This document shows positions 50,675 to 60,430 of a stretch of 64,000 nucleotides of DNA, piece after piece (positions within the stretch are counted from its first letter, which is position 1; each line of letters begins with the position of its first letter). The DNA is taken from assembly GCA_976551045.1 (NCBI GenBank), contig CDPCPM010000050.1:11656001-11720000 (forward strand), read 5' to 3'. Both the position numbers and the translations under genes were made by a program. Under the pieces are notes generated by a model. That model saw nothing but the letters and a program-made list of their open reading frames with translations, was not told the origin of the DNA and made no database searches. Source of the DNA: Glaucostegus cemiculus (Eukaryota).

Positions 50675-51940
50675 AATTGAAGCAGAGAACGCTGAAAATA
50701 TTTTGTGGAAATTGTGTTCATTTCTGGTTGCCTCATTATAGGAAGGATATGGAAGCCTTAGAGAGGGTGCAGAGGAGATTTACTAGGATGCTGCCTGGAT
50801 TGGAGAACATGAGGATAGTTCGAGAGAGCTGGAGCTTTTATCTTTGGAGAGAAGGAGGATGAGTAAAGACTTGATAGAGATGTACAAGATGATAAGAGGC
50901 ATAGATCGAGTGGACAGTCAGAGACTTTTTCCCAGGGCAAAAATGACTAATTTTAAGGCGATTGGAGGAAGGTATAAGGGGGGATATCAGAGGTAGTTTT
51001 TTTACACAGAGAATGATGGGTGTGGGGAATGCATTGCTGGCAGAGAATGTGGAGGCAGATACATTAGGGACATTTAAGGGACTCTTAGATAGCCACATGA
51101 ACGATAGAGAAATGGAGGGAAGGATTAAATAGACCTTAGAGCAGGATAAAATGTTGGCGCAACATTGTGGGCTGAAGGGCCTGTACTGTGCTGTAATGTT
51201 CTATGTACTCAGCAGGTTAAGCAGCATCTGTGGATAGAGAAAGGGAATTAATGTTTCATGTCGATGATCTTTCAGCAGAACTGGGCAAAGTTAGAATAAA
51301 CTAAGTTTTAAGTTACAGTGAAAGGAGAAAGTAGGGTGGAAACCAGGAGACAATGAGAAAAATGGTGCTGGTGCTGAGAGAAAGGGAGTGGTAAATTTGT
51401 TCCTAGAGGAGGTATGGATATGACTAGATAATAGCTGAATTTATGAGGTTGAGAGTCCTGTGTTGTAGACAGTAAACCACTCTGATCTCCCTGTCTTTGG
51501 CTTCCTATACTGTTCCAATGAAGCTCAATGTAAGCTCGAGGACAAGCAACTCATCTTCAGACATGACACATTACCATTTTCAGAACTCCACATTAGTTTG
51601 ATGATAATACCTCAGATTTCCATCTTTTTCTCCTATCGCTAGTATTTCAGATTTCATCTACACCTCCTCCAGACACACCTTTACACCCTCAGTCAGACAG
51701 CACCACCTCCCCTTGTGTCATTCAATCTCTCCTGATCTCCACCTTATCACAGACCTTCCTCTTGGTTCTCTCCACCCTTCCAACCTTCTCCGCCACTTAA
51801 TGTCTTTGCCAGTTCTGATAAAAGTTCATCAATCTGAAAGATTACCTTTATTTCCCTCTCCACAAATACTGCCTTATCTGCTGAGTATTTCCAGAATTCT
51901 CTGTTTTTATTTCAGAATTGCAGCATCTGTATTTTTTTGC
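50675..51940 (+). mobile_element. 5'-truncated Penelope-like element with inverted upstream pseudo-LTR
   Basis: TSD CTTAGCATTTGA at 50663-50674 and 51941-51952. Inverted pseudo-LTR at 50675-50700 plus 51207-51290. Plus strand HSDLPVFGFLYCSNEAQCKLEDKQLIFR from 51478. 3' pseudo-LTR at 51808-51940. Confidence 0.9.
50703..51206 (+). mobile_element. CR1 LINE 3' end nested in the Penelope pseudo-LTR
   Basis: Translates CVHFWLPHYRKDMEALERVQRRFTRMLPGLE; 3' UTR ends ctgtgctgtaatgttctatgt. Confidence 0.93.
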
Positions 51941-52079
51941 CTTAGCATTTGACTCTTTGGTTTAACAGTGCATCTGAGGGAAGGGACTGCTGACAGTGTA
52001 GTAGCTTCCCCAGTGCAGGGTCACATGGGATTTTTCTGTTCCGTTATCTCCAGCACACAGTTGATTGTGCTGTAATTGC

Positions 52080-52972
52080 ACACTGAAAGGAAGACTAAAG
52101 TACGACCCATAACCACTTCTCTAAAGCACGCAGCAGTTGAGGATTAACCTTGAACATCGGCAAACCAAAGCTTCTGCACCAGTCTGCTCCAGTGAATCAT
52201 CAGACCCAGCAAAGGAGACAGTGAGCGTCTGGAAGTTGTAAACACTGCCTACCTTCCAGAGAGCAAATGCATATATGGAGATTCAGCACAGCATCCTCTG
52301 TACTTGCTTTCCCACTACCAGACTGTCTTACTAGAGGTTCAATAGCCTCAACATCACTGTGCCAGACTTTTCAGTTTACGAAGTAGTAGTGATTCCAACT
52401 CTCTTCTGTTGGTCATGCAAGCTGTGGGACCTGGATCACCAACAGAAAACACCTAGGATCCTGGAACACCGACACCGGGAGATCTGCAGAAGCTCCTTAA
52501 TATAAGCTGGGAGGTCTGCTGCACTAATGTCAGTGTCCTCACAGAGGCCAAATCTTCAGGGCCTCAGCACTGAGTGTCTACCACAATATTTACTGGACCC
52601 CAACTCCAAATGGAGAAAGAAAATTGGGAGGCCAAAGGAAATGCTTTAAAGATCCCCTGAAGGCACACATCGAGAGAAGTGGTATGGACATCACACACTG
52701 GGAAACAATAACCCAGATAAGGATGGCTGGCATAGAAGAGGCTATCACCAATGAGGAAAATCATCACACCTCCGTCATGGACAAGTACCAGCAAAGCAAG
52801 GACAGACAACTATCTTCTAGCAGTTGTGGCTAACCTTGCCTTTCAACACCACTGTAATATCTGCCAGTAGGTTTGTGGCTCAAGGATCAGACTTCTTGGT
52901 CACCTGAGGATCCATAAAATATAAAACCTGTGAAAGGGATCATCATCATCTTCAAGGGATTAGTGATGATTG
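52080..52972 (+). mobile_element. RTE-clade LINE fragment
   Basis: VYEVVVIPTL, TNVSVLTEA, GGQRKCFKDPLKAHI (ORF 52624-52833) and CNICQ*VCGSRIRLLGHLRIH zinc finger. Confidence 0.82.
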
Positions 52973-53239
52973 CAGAGTTGCATCAGGTTCCTCTGTTCAC
53001 CTTTGTGGAGTAAGGCTTGAACCCTGAGTCCTCTGAATCAGAGGTGCTAATAACTGAACCGTTACTTTTCAGAGAGCTGTCTGATTATCTTACCAGTTTT
53101 CAGTAATGACCTGCACAAACCTGATGTGGTGCTTAATAAATCATGGTGAAGAAAGTTGTTTCTCCACAACTGCCACATATGAAGAATATTTTTATTAAAA
53201 TGTAGTGCAATACCTTCCAAGTTGACATGATAGCAAACC

Positions 53240-53600
53240 CTGCTGAGCCCACAGCCTATTGTTTCTGTGACCATCTCTATCCCACACGATATCCTACCCA
53301 TGATCTTCTCCAGCCCACACGTTGTCCTGTGACCTGTTCCAGTCCACAAAATATGTTATTCATGACCCTTTCCAGTCCATAGCTTATCATATTTATCACC
53401 CTCTCCAATCCACGCATTGTTCAATCTATGCCCCTCTCTCCCAATGTTAAGCCCTATTTGGGACAAGTTCCGGAAGACACTATATGATGTCATTAACCCC
53501 ATCCAGCTCATACATCACTCTATCCCATGACCCTCTCGGGTCAACACCTTATCCTTTCTTGACCTTCTCTGGCTAACATATCATTTTGTCTGGGATCCTC
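53240..53600. repeat. Degenerate 33-bp minisatellite
   Basis: TGACC-like anchors at 53268, 53301, 53330, 53363, 53396, 53429, 53494, 53528 and 53560. Approximate unit ctctccagcccacac.ttatcct...catgacc. Confidence 0.75.
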
Positions 53601-54118
53601 TGCTGCTGACAAGTTACCCCATCAAACACGTGATCCTGTCTGTAAACCTCTCAGCTGCACATGCCCTCACTATAACTCTCACAAGCCCATATTAGACCTC
53701 TCTGCGAAAGAAATAAAAGGAATTCACAATGCTATAAACACAAGACTGTGTCTTTGCTCTTGTATTTTGTAAGAATGTCCCAGCTTTATTGATCCTTTGC
53801 AACACTTTAATTATTTACAACACCACAGAGATTGCTGTGGCAATGCATATCTCTCTGACCCCCTGTTACTCACACACTGAAGTTCGATGCTGAAGTTTGT
53901 GAGACATAGTTGAACATTACTTTCATTCAGCCAGAGAGATAGTTGCAGTGAGGACAAGCCATTGAGGCATTATACCATCAAGTGGCCAGTTATTTGCAAA
54001 TCAAAAGCCACACACATTCTTCCATGAAAGCACAAGACTCATCCTGTCAGAGATGTTGAATTAAACCAGGAGAAGCATGATTTTAGTTTTGATTTTACAT
54101 GCAGCTTTAAATATTAAT

Positions 54119-54395
54119 ATAAGATATTTATTTATTGGTCATATGTACATCAAAACACACAGTAAACTGTGTCTTTTTGGGCAGCCCACAAGTGTCGCCA
54201 CTCTTCCAGCACCAACATGGCATGCCCACAGCTCCTAACCTGCACGTCTTTGGAATGAAGGAGGAAACCGGAGCACCCGGAGGAAACCCACGCAGACACA
54301 GGGAGAATGTACGAACTCCTTACAGACAGCGGCAGAATTGAACCCGAGTTGCTGGCGTTGTAGTAGTCTTACACTAACCCCTACAGTACCGTGCC
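54119..54395 (-). mobile_element. V-SINE, full length
   Basis: Same family as 34921 and 45118. Probable TSD TAAATATT at 54108-54115 and 54398-54405. Confidence 0.92.
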
Positions 54396-54683
54396 GCTAA
54401 ATATTGAAATTTTGCCTTGCAGGTATTTCCTTCATGCTTAAGTATGAAAAGTAAAGTTTTCTAAGCAACCTGAAAATTGTTTCTAAGATCCAGCTAGGAA
54501 GCTCTCACTGTGACTGCTTGCCTGGAATAACAAGTAAGCAGACAGTCTCACGAGAGCACAGTTTTTTTAGTGAGAAGCTAGAAATACAAAACCCAAAAAG
54601 CACTAATTTGCATAGGTTTTACATAGCCAAATGTCTTGACACGTAAGATCAATAAAAGGGACTGAAAAATAAATAGAATTTTA

Positions 54684-54738
54684 GAGTCACACAGCACCAA
54701 AACAGACCCTTCAGCCCGACTGGTCCATGCTAACCATT
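54684..54738 (-). mobile_element. CR1 3' terminal fragment
   Basis: agagtcacacagcaccaaaacagacccttcagcccgactggtccatgc, like 23685-23730. Confidence 0.7.
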
Positions 54739-54929
54739 CTTTGCTCAAAATTTGTTTTGCTCAAAATCTTCCTCAGTCCACTCACTGCCCTTACTAATGG
54801 TTTCATCGCTGTTAATTAGACCATCAGACAACTGAAACGGTGATTACAAAACATACAATAATTAAAATGGTATATGAATAATGTTAAGTTCATTCACTCA
54901 ACGTCTGTGAGTCAAAGGTCCTCTACCAA

Positions 54930-55750
54930 CCTGCCCCCTCTGCCCTCCAACAATAAAAGTTCATGACAAGAGCATGGAAGATGTAGACCATTTCCTGTGT
55001 TGAGGGAGTCACGTCTTGGTGAAGTGAGATATTGCTGATGAAATTTACCCCCGCCTTCAATACACTTGCACAGCCTTTGGTCAATTGAGACGAAGGGTAT
55101 TTGAAGATCAGATCTGACACAAAGCTCATGGTCTTCTATGCAACAGTGATCTCTGCCTTCCTATATATCTCTGAGATTAGATTACTTACAGCAGGTACAG
55201 TCCAGGAGAGAGACCACCATTGATATTTCTGCAGAATTTTCCAAATTAACGGGAAGGATAATGAACCAATGTCAGTGTCCTCTCCCAAGTCAACACCCTA
55301 GCACCAAGGCCCTCATTATACAGAGTTAGCAACATTGGATAGGCCATGTCAATCACATGCCCAAAGCAGACTACCAAAACAAACACTCCATTGTAATCAC
55401 TGTCATTAGAAAAGATTACCTAGTGGATAGAGGAAAACATTCAAGGATGCCCTAAAAGCTTCTTTGGAGAAACACAACATCCCAACCAACTCTGGTGAAT
55501 CTTGCCCAATGACTACTGAAAATGGAAAAGGGGCCCCTCATTGGGACTGGCAAGGAAGAGGGCAGAAGCCAAAACATTTTGTGTGTGTTGTTCCAGGTTC
55601 CAGCATCTGCAGACTCTCTTGTGTCAGCTGGCAATTCCGGCCCTGTCTGTGGAAGAGCCTAGAGTTTCCTCTTCAGCCACCTCAGGACTCACAGAACTGG
55701 CATGGAATCAAGTCATTCTCGATCCTGAGGGATTGTCTAAGATGAAGAAT
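54930..55750 (+). mobile_element. RTE-clade LINE fragment containing a small Penelope pseudo-LTR piece (55570-55625)
   Basis: TNVSVLSQVNT, WIGHVNHMP, FKDALKASLEKHNIPTNS; 3' end cacctcaggactcacagaactgg...gagggattgtctaagatgaagaa similar to 2110-2175. Confidence 0.82.
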
Positions 55751-56111
55751 GTAAGTTCATTAATGGTTCAGCTGTGATCTGTTGGTACCTACCAAATGTG
55801 TTTTGTTCCAGTCAACCGGAGAGAAGGGTGTCATAGAAACCAGTACATGAAAAATTGGAATGTTGGAAGTGAGCTGGGCAAAGTGCTTTCCTTTTCATAG
55901 GTGGTGCCCAGGATATCACCCAGGGTCTCATTGGAAGAGTCAATCCAATTTATTTCTTGCCTGAACTTTGACCTGGTGAAACCCATGTGCCCCTCCAGAG
56001 GGCAGTGTGCTTCATGTTATTGGGAGTACTAGCGTCCATTAATGTGTCACATCCAAACTGAGGCAGTGAAATGGGATCTCCCAGTATCAACCCACCTCCA
56101 ATATTCCATAG

Positions 56112-56176
56112 GTAATTTTCTACAACACCATTGTCCGTGATTGACTTAAAAAGACAATGGTGTTGTAGAAAATTAC
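56112..56176. repeat. Perfect inverted repeat, 24-bp arms, 17-nt loop
   Basis: gtaattttctacaacaccattgtc (56112-56135) and gacaatggtgttgtagaaaattac (56153-56176) are exact reverse complements. Confidence 0.95.
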
Positions 56177-56574
56177 AATATCAGCGGGTCACAACTGAGC
56201 CACTGATGAACTTTCCTCGCTAAAGTTGCATTATTACTCGTGAATCATTGACTTCAGATGCTGGAGTCCTTATTGCTGCATTATTAATGCATTATTACTG
56301 ACCTTGTAAAGGGTGGGTGAATTGGAAAATGGGGACTTTTCCCCACTCACCCTATCCAGTTCTCTAGTGTTTTCCACCGGGGGTGCTGTTGAATGCTCAC
56401 TGAAGCTGAGGATGTAGCTCAGCACAATCTCTTTGGAAATCTAGTGTCAATGCATTATCTCATGAATATATGTGTGTGCATTTTTAGGCTAGAAGACATT
56501 ATTGTTCTGCTTTTTAGAAATGAATATTTAGTTAATTGCAACTGCAGATCCAAGATGCAGCTTTGTGAATGGGA

Positions 56575-56757
56575 AAAGAAACAGAAAGTGCTCAGCAGCA
56601 CAGGCAGCATCTGTGGAGAGAGAAAGAATTATAATTTCAGGTCAGTGATGTTTTACCAGAATTCAAGCTTATGAGCACAGACTGGGAGGGCTGTCTACTT
56701 CCCTCCTTAGATTCTGCCTGACCTGCTCAGTCCCTCCAACACTTTGTGTGTTGCTCA
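56575..56757. mobile_element. Penelope-derived inverted pseudo-LTR pair
   Basis: Minus arm ctcagcagcacaggcagcatctgtggagagagaaag...tttcaggtc; plus arm ctgcctgacctgctcagtccctccaacactttgtgtgttgctc. Confidence 0.65.
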
Positions 56758-56914
56758 ACCTTAAAAGCAAGTTAGTTAAGGAAGTGCAAGCATTCTGGAA
56801 TACAGGAGGATAATTTCATCCTTGCATGTAATAAAATTTAATTTGATCATTGGAAAGTTGTGTTTGAGCTCATTAGTTCCAGGTTCTACATTGTTGTTGA
56901 CATATCCACATTCA

Positions 56915-57432
56915 CAGAGCCACAGAATTATTCAGCACAGAAACAGGCCCTTTTGGCCCACTTGTCCATGCTGACCTTGATGCCTATCTATGTTAATTCC
57001 ATTTGCCTGCATTAGGCACATGTCCTTCTACACCATTCCTATCTAAGCCCCTATTTAAATGCCTTTTGAATGTTGTAATTGTATTTGTCTCCACCACCTC
57101 CTCTGGTGGCTCATTCCAAATAGACACCACCTTCTGTGTGAAAAACCTGTCCCTCAGATTTTCTTTAAATTCTTCCTCTCTCACAAACCAGTACCCTCCA
57201 GTTTTAGAATCCTCTGCCCTGGGAAAAATACTCTGTCTATTCCATCTATACCCCTCATGACTTTATAAACCTATGTAAGGTCACTTGTCATCCTCCTGCA
57301 CTCCAGTGAGAATCAAGATACACTATCCAGTCCTTCCTTATAACTACAGCCCTCTATTCCAGGGAACATGCTGGTGAATCCCTTCACTCTCTCTTTTGCT
57401 GTGACGTCCTTCTATAGTGTGGCAAGCAGAAC
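56915..57432 (-). mobile_element. CR1 LINE 3' region (host of the composite insertion; resumes at 58001-58028)
   Basis: ORF 56993-57184 reads FKENLRDRFFTQKVVSIWNEPPEEVVE; CR1 3' UTR present. Confidence 0.9.
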
Positions 57433-57639
57433 AGTTTTGTATGTTCTCCCCATGTCTGCGTGGGTTTCCTCAGGGTGCTCCGGTTTCCTCCCACAACCCA
57501 AATACGTATGGGTTAGGAAGTTGTGAGCATGCTACGTTGGGGCCGGAAGTGTGGCGACACTTGCAACAGCCCCCAAAACACTCTATGCAAAGATGCATTT
57601 CACTGTGTGTTTCGATGTACATGTGACTAATAAAGATAT
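57433..57639 (+). mobile_element. 5'-truncated V-SINE
   Basis: Starts in the V core (tttgtatgttctccccatgtctgcgtgggtttcc), ends gatgtacatgtgactaataaagata; no tRNA head. Confidence 0.92.
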
Positions 57640-58002
57640 TGGAGGATGAGGGGGTACCTGATAGAGGTATATAAGATGATGAAAGCCATTGATCATGTGG
57701 ATAGTCAGAGGCTTTTACCCAGGGTTGAAATGGTGGCCACAAGAGGACATAGGTTTAAGGTGCTGGGGAGTAGGTATAGAGGAGATGTCAGGGGTAAGTT
57801 TTTTACTCAGAGAGTGGTGAGTGTGTGGAATGGGCTGCCAGCAACGGGTCTTCTAAGAGACTTATGGATAGGTACATGGAACTGAGAAAAATAGAGGGCT
57901 CTGGGTAAGCCTAGTAATTTCTAAGGTAGGGACATGTTTGGCACAGCTTTGTGGGCCAAAGGGCCTGAATTGTGCTGTAGGTTTTTATTGTTCTATGTTC
58001 TA
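57640..58002 (+). mobile_element. Young CR1 LINE 3' end
   Basis: ORF 57646-57885 reads MRGYLIEVYKMMKAIDHVDSQRLLPRVEMVATRGHRFKV...FFTQRVVSVWNGLP; TGTTCTA-repeat tail. Confidence 0.93.
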
Positions 58003-60059
58003 CTCCCAAGTATGGTCGAACCAACATTTGAACATAAGAACCACCATACGACTCAATGTACTCCAGTAATTTAATATAATTCTATAAAAGGGTATTAATT
58101 GCAAAAATTGCAAGTAACTTACTCTCTAAAGATTATTGAACTTACTTAAAGTTATATATGTATTGATATAAATATCTCCATTTATGTACCCATTTATGTC
58201 AAAGACACTAAAATGTCCCTTTAATTGGAAAATCAAGGAATGGCAGAACTGGAAATCTGAAATGAAAAACAGAAAGTACTAGAAGCACACTGTCCAACCT
58301 GCTGCATGTTTCCAACATTCTGTTTTTATTATGTTTGAATAAAATTGTGTTGTTAATAACTTGCAAATCCCGGGTAGCCTTTTAGGCAGACTGGACAGCA
58401 TTCCTGTGAGATAGAAATAAGAATTCCACAGCAGAATTCATTTTGGAAAGTTTAGTTCTGGGAGTGCATCAATTGTGCAAAACCTTTCCACATAAACTGG
58501 AACTTGCTAAGTCAGCCTGTGTGATCCATCAACACCATAGTGTCTAGCACCCTGTTTATGGTTTCAAAGATTGTGATTACTGTAGATGCCGTGACTAGAA
58601 GCACACTGTTTATTCAAAGCTTCACCCCCGTGGATGCAATGTTTTTTTTAACATAATACCAAGGAAGAAAGATTTTCTGTCTTTTTAAAGATTAATATAT
58701 AAGTAAGAGCTGTGTAGCAAGCTTTCAAACTTTTCATGTGTGGGTTTTTGAAATGTAATTTCATACTGCCACAATTTGCTTTATATTTTTATTCCAACCT
58801 TCAAAAGGCAGAGAGCAAACTGCTCTGCAAGTGTTCTTGGGTTCCTCAATTGATTTTGCTGGGATGTTTCATGAGTCATTATTTTTGGAGATTTAGAATT
58901 TTAGACATCATGAACTGGGCAAGCAATAATTTCTCTTGCAAGCCAGCCTTGCCTTACCATTATTGTCACCCTTTTTTGAAAGGTCAATGACCTCAAAGGA
59001 TTATACAATTTTTTTCCTTATTTTTGTTCCTTTTCTTTGCAACATGGTTTCATTTCTTTTAAGATATTTGTTCTTTGTTAAGTCAACCTTTCCCAAGGTT
59101 GCTACTTCCTTGAATGATTTAGTGTAAAGCTTTATTTAAAACTGTTTGAACATGATTTTTTTTATTTCCCTGTGGAAACTTTTCTAAAGGGCATTAGCCG
59201 TGTAAGCAAAACGGTCTGCAAATCTGTGATTTAATTTTGAACTGTTGTACACCATCTTCCATATGGAAATGAAGATAATCCAACTCCAGGTTTTTGCACC
59301 TCATTTAGGGGAAGCCTGAGCCTTGAAGATTATCACAGGCTCACACTGAGGAAAGATTTTATTCAGCATGGATTGACCAGCACACACTTCCCTAAATCCT
59401 GTGCAACAGAGCAAGTTGATGTCAGAGTCCCCATGATAAAGATTTCGAGAATGAACAAAAAGTGGTCGGGGGTGGGGGTGGAGGGGGGTGGCCATGGGTA
59501 ATGTCATAGGTCACGGGGATTTAATATATGATGTGCAAAAGCTGAATGACAGCTGAAGATTTAGGCTGAAATAATCACTGAAGGACACCTCAGTGGGCCT
59601 ACTTAGTATTCTCTAATGCAGTCGTATTTGAACAATTACGTACGTGGATAAATGTGTGAAGATCTAAACAGTAGTCAATATTTTCATACAGCTGCTTATT
59701 CCTCAAATGCAGCTCGACAGATCAGAATAATGGTTTGGAACAATTAACCATCATTTCATGTATTTTCTTTCAAAAGCACAGGTAGGGATAAATTAACATC
59801 ATCTACTGGAGCCAACAGGAGCTGATAGTGATATCTATTAGCAGGCTTTTATATTCACAGTTTTCATTTGTAAAATGGATTTTGTACAAAATATGATGAA
59901 ATGTTGCTGAATAATTCTGATCTAAATTCTAATTTTACTCTCCTGGTATTTTGTGAGGGATCACTGCTGGGTTAGTTTAAAGAATGCTGGAATAAATAAT
60001 TAAAAGGGAAAAAAGAGAAAGAAATTAACAAGGAAAAAAAGCATTTGAATAAATGAAGT

Positions 60060-60430
60060 GCAAACGGGTTAAGCTGAATGGAAATAAAGAAAAATGAATG
60101 GCTAATTTCTCTAATTAGTAAGGCTGAGCCTGTGCTTTGTTCCTTTGATGCAACCATTAGCATCACAATTTTTTCTCCGTCCTTTGTGGTGATGTCATTG
60201 AAGCACCCAGCTCTTCTGCTCCTATCTACTGCTATTTGGGATCTTTGCTTATGAGCAGTCTCCTTCCCACTGATGCCTTCGTTTTCAAAGGATTGTAAGT
60301 AGCCCACCTGTAAAAGAAATGTAATGTTTTCCACGGAGCACTTACCAAAATAATCCATTAACATCAAGAATTGTCCAATTAGAACCCCACTATATTATAA
60401 TGCAATTTAATAACCTTCACAGGTTCAGCT
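60060..60430. promoter_or_regulatory. Candidate conserved non-coding enhancer
   Basis: No recognisable repeats. TAATT (60103), TAATTA (60112), SOX-type CTTTGTT (60135) abutting TCF/LEF-type CCTTTGATG (60142), and further TAAT cores. Motif evidence only. Confidence 0.35.

Larger units (their letters stand above)
50440..53060 (-). mobile_element. Deu-type SINE fragmented by later insertions
   Basis: Collinear pieces: tail/core at 50440-50665, core at 51955-52020 (ggtttaacagtgcatctg...gacagtgtag), head at about 53005-53060 (ggcttgaaccc...tctgaatcagagg...actgaacc). Confidence 0.6.

Noticed and set aside
53240-53600. Regularly spaced repeats suggesting a CRISPR array
   Set aside because: Units are contiguous and degenerate with no repeat-spacer structure; eukaryotic context and no cas genes.
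59972-60367. 131-aa minus-strand ORF with an internal acceptor near 60310
   Set aside because: It ends in low-complexity Phe-rich sequence, the nearby donor would give an implausibly short intron, and no homology is recognised. Better explained as non-coding.
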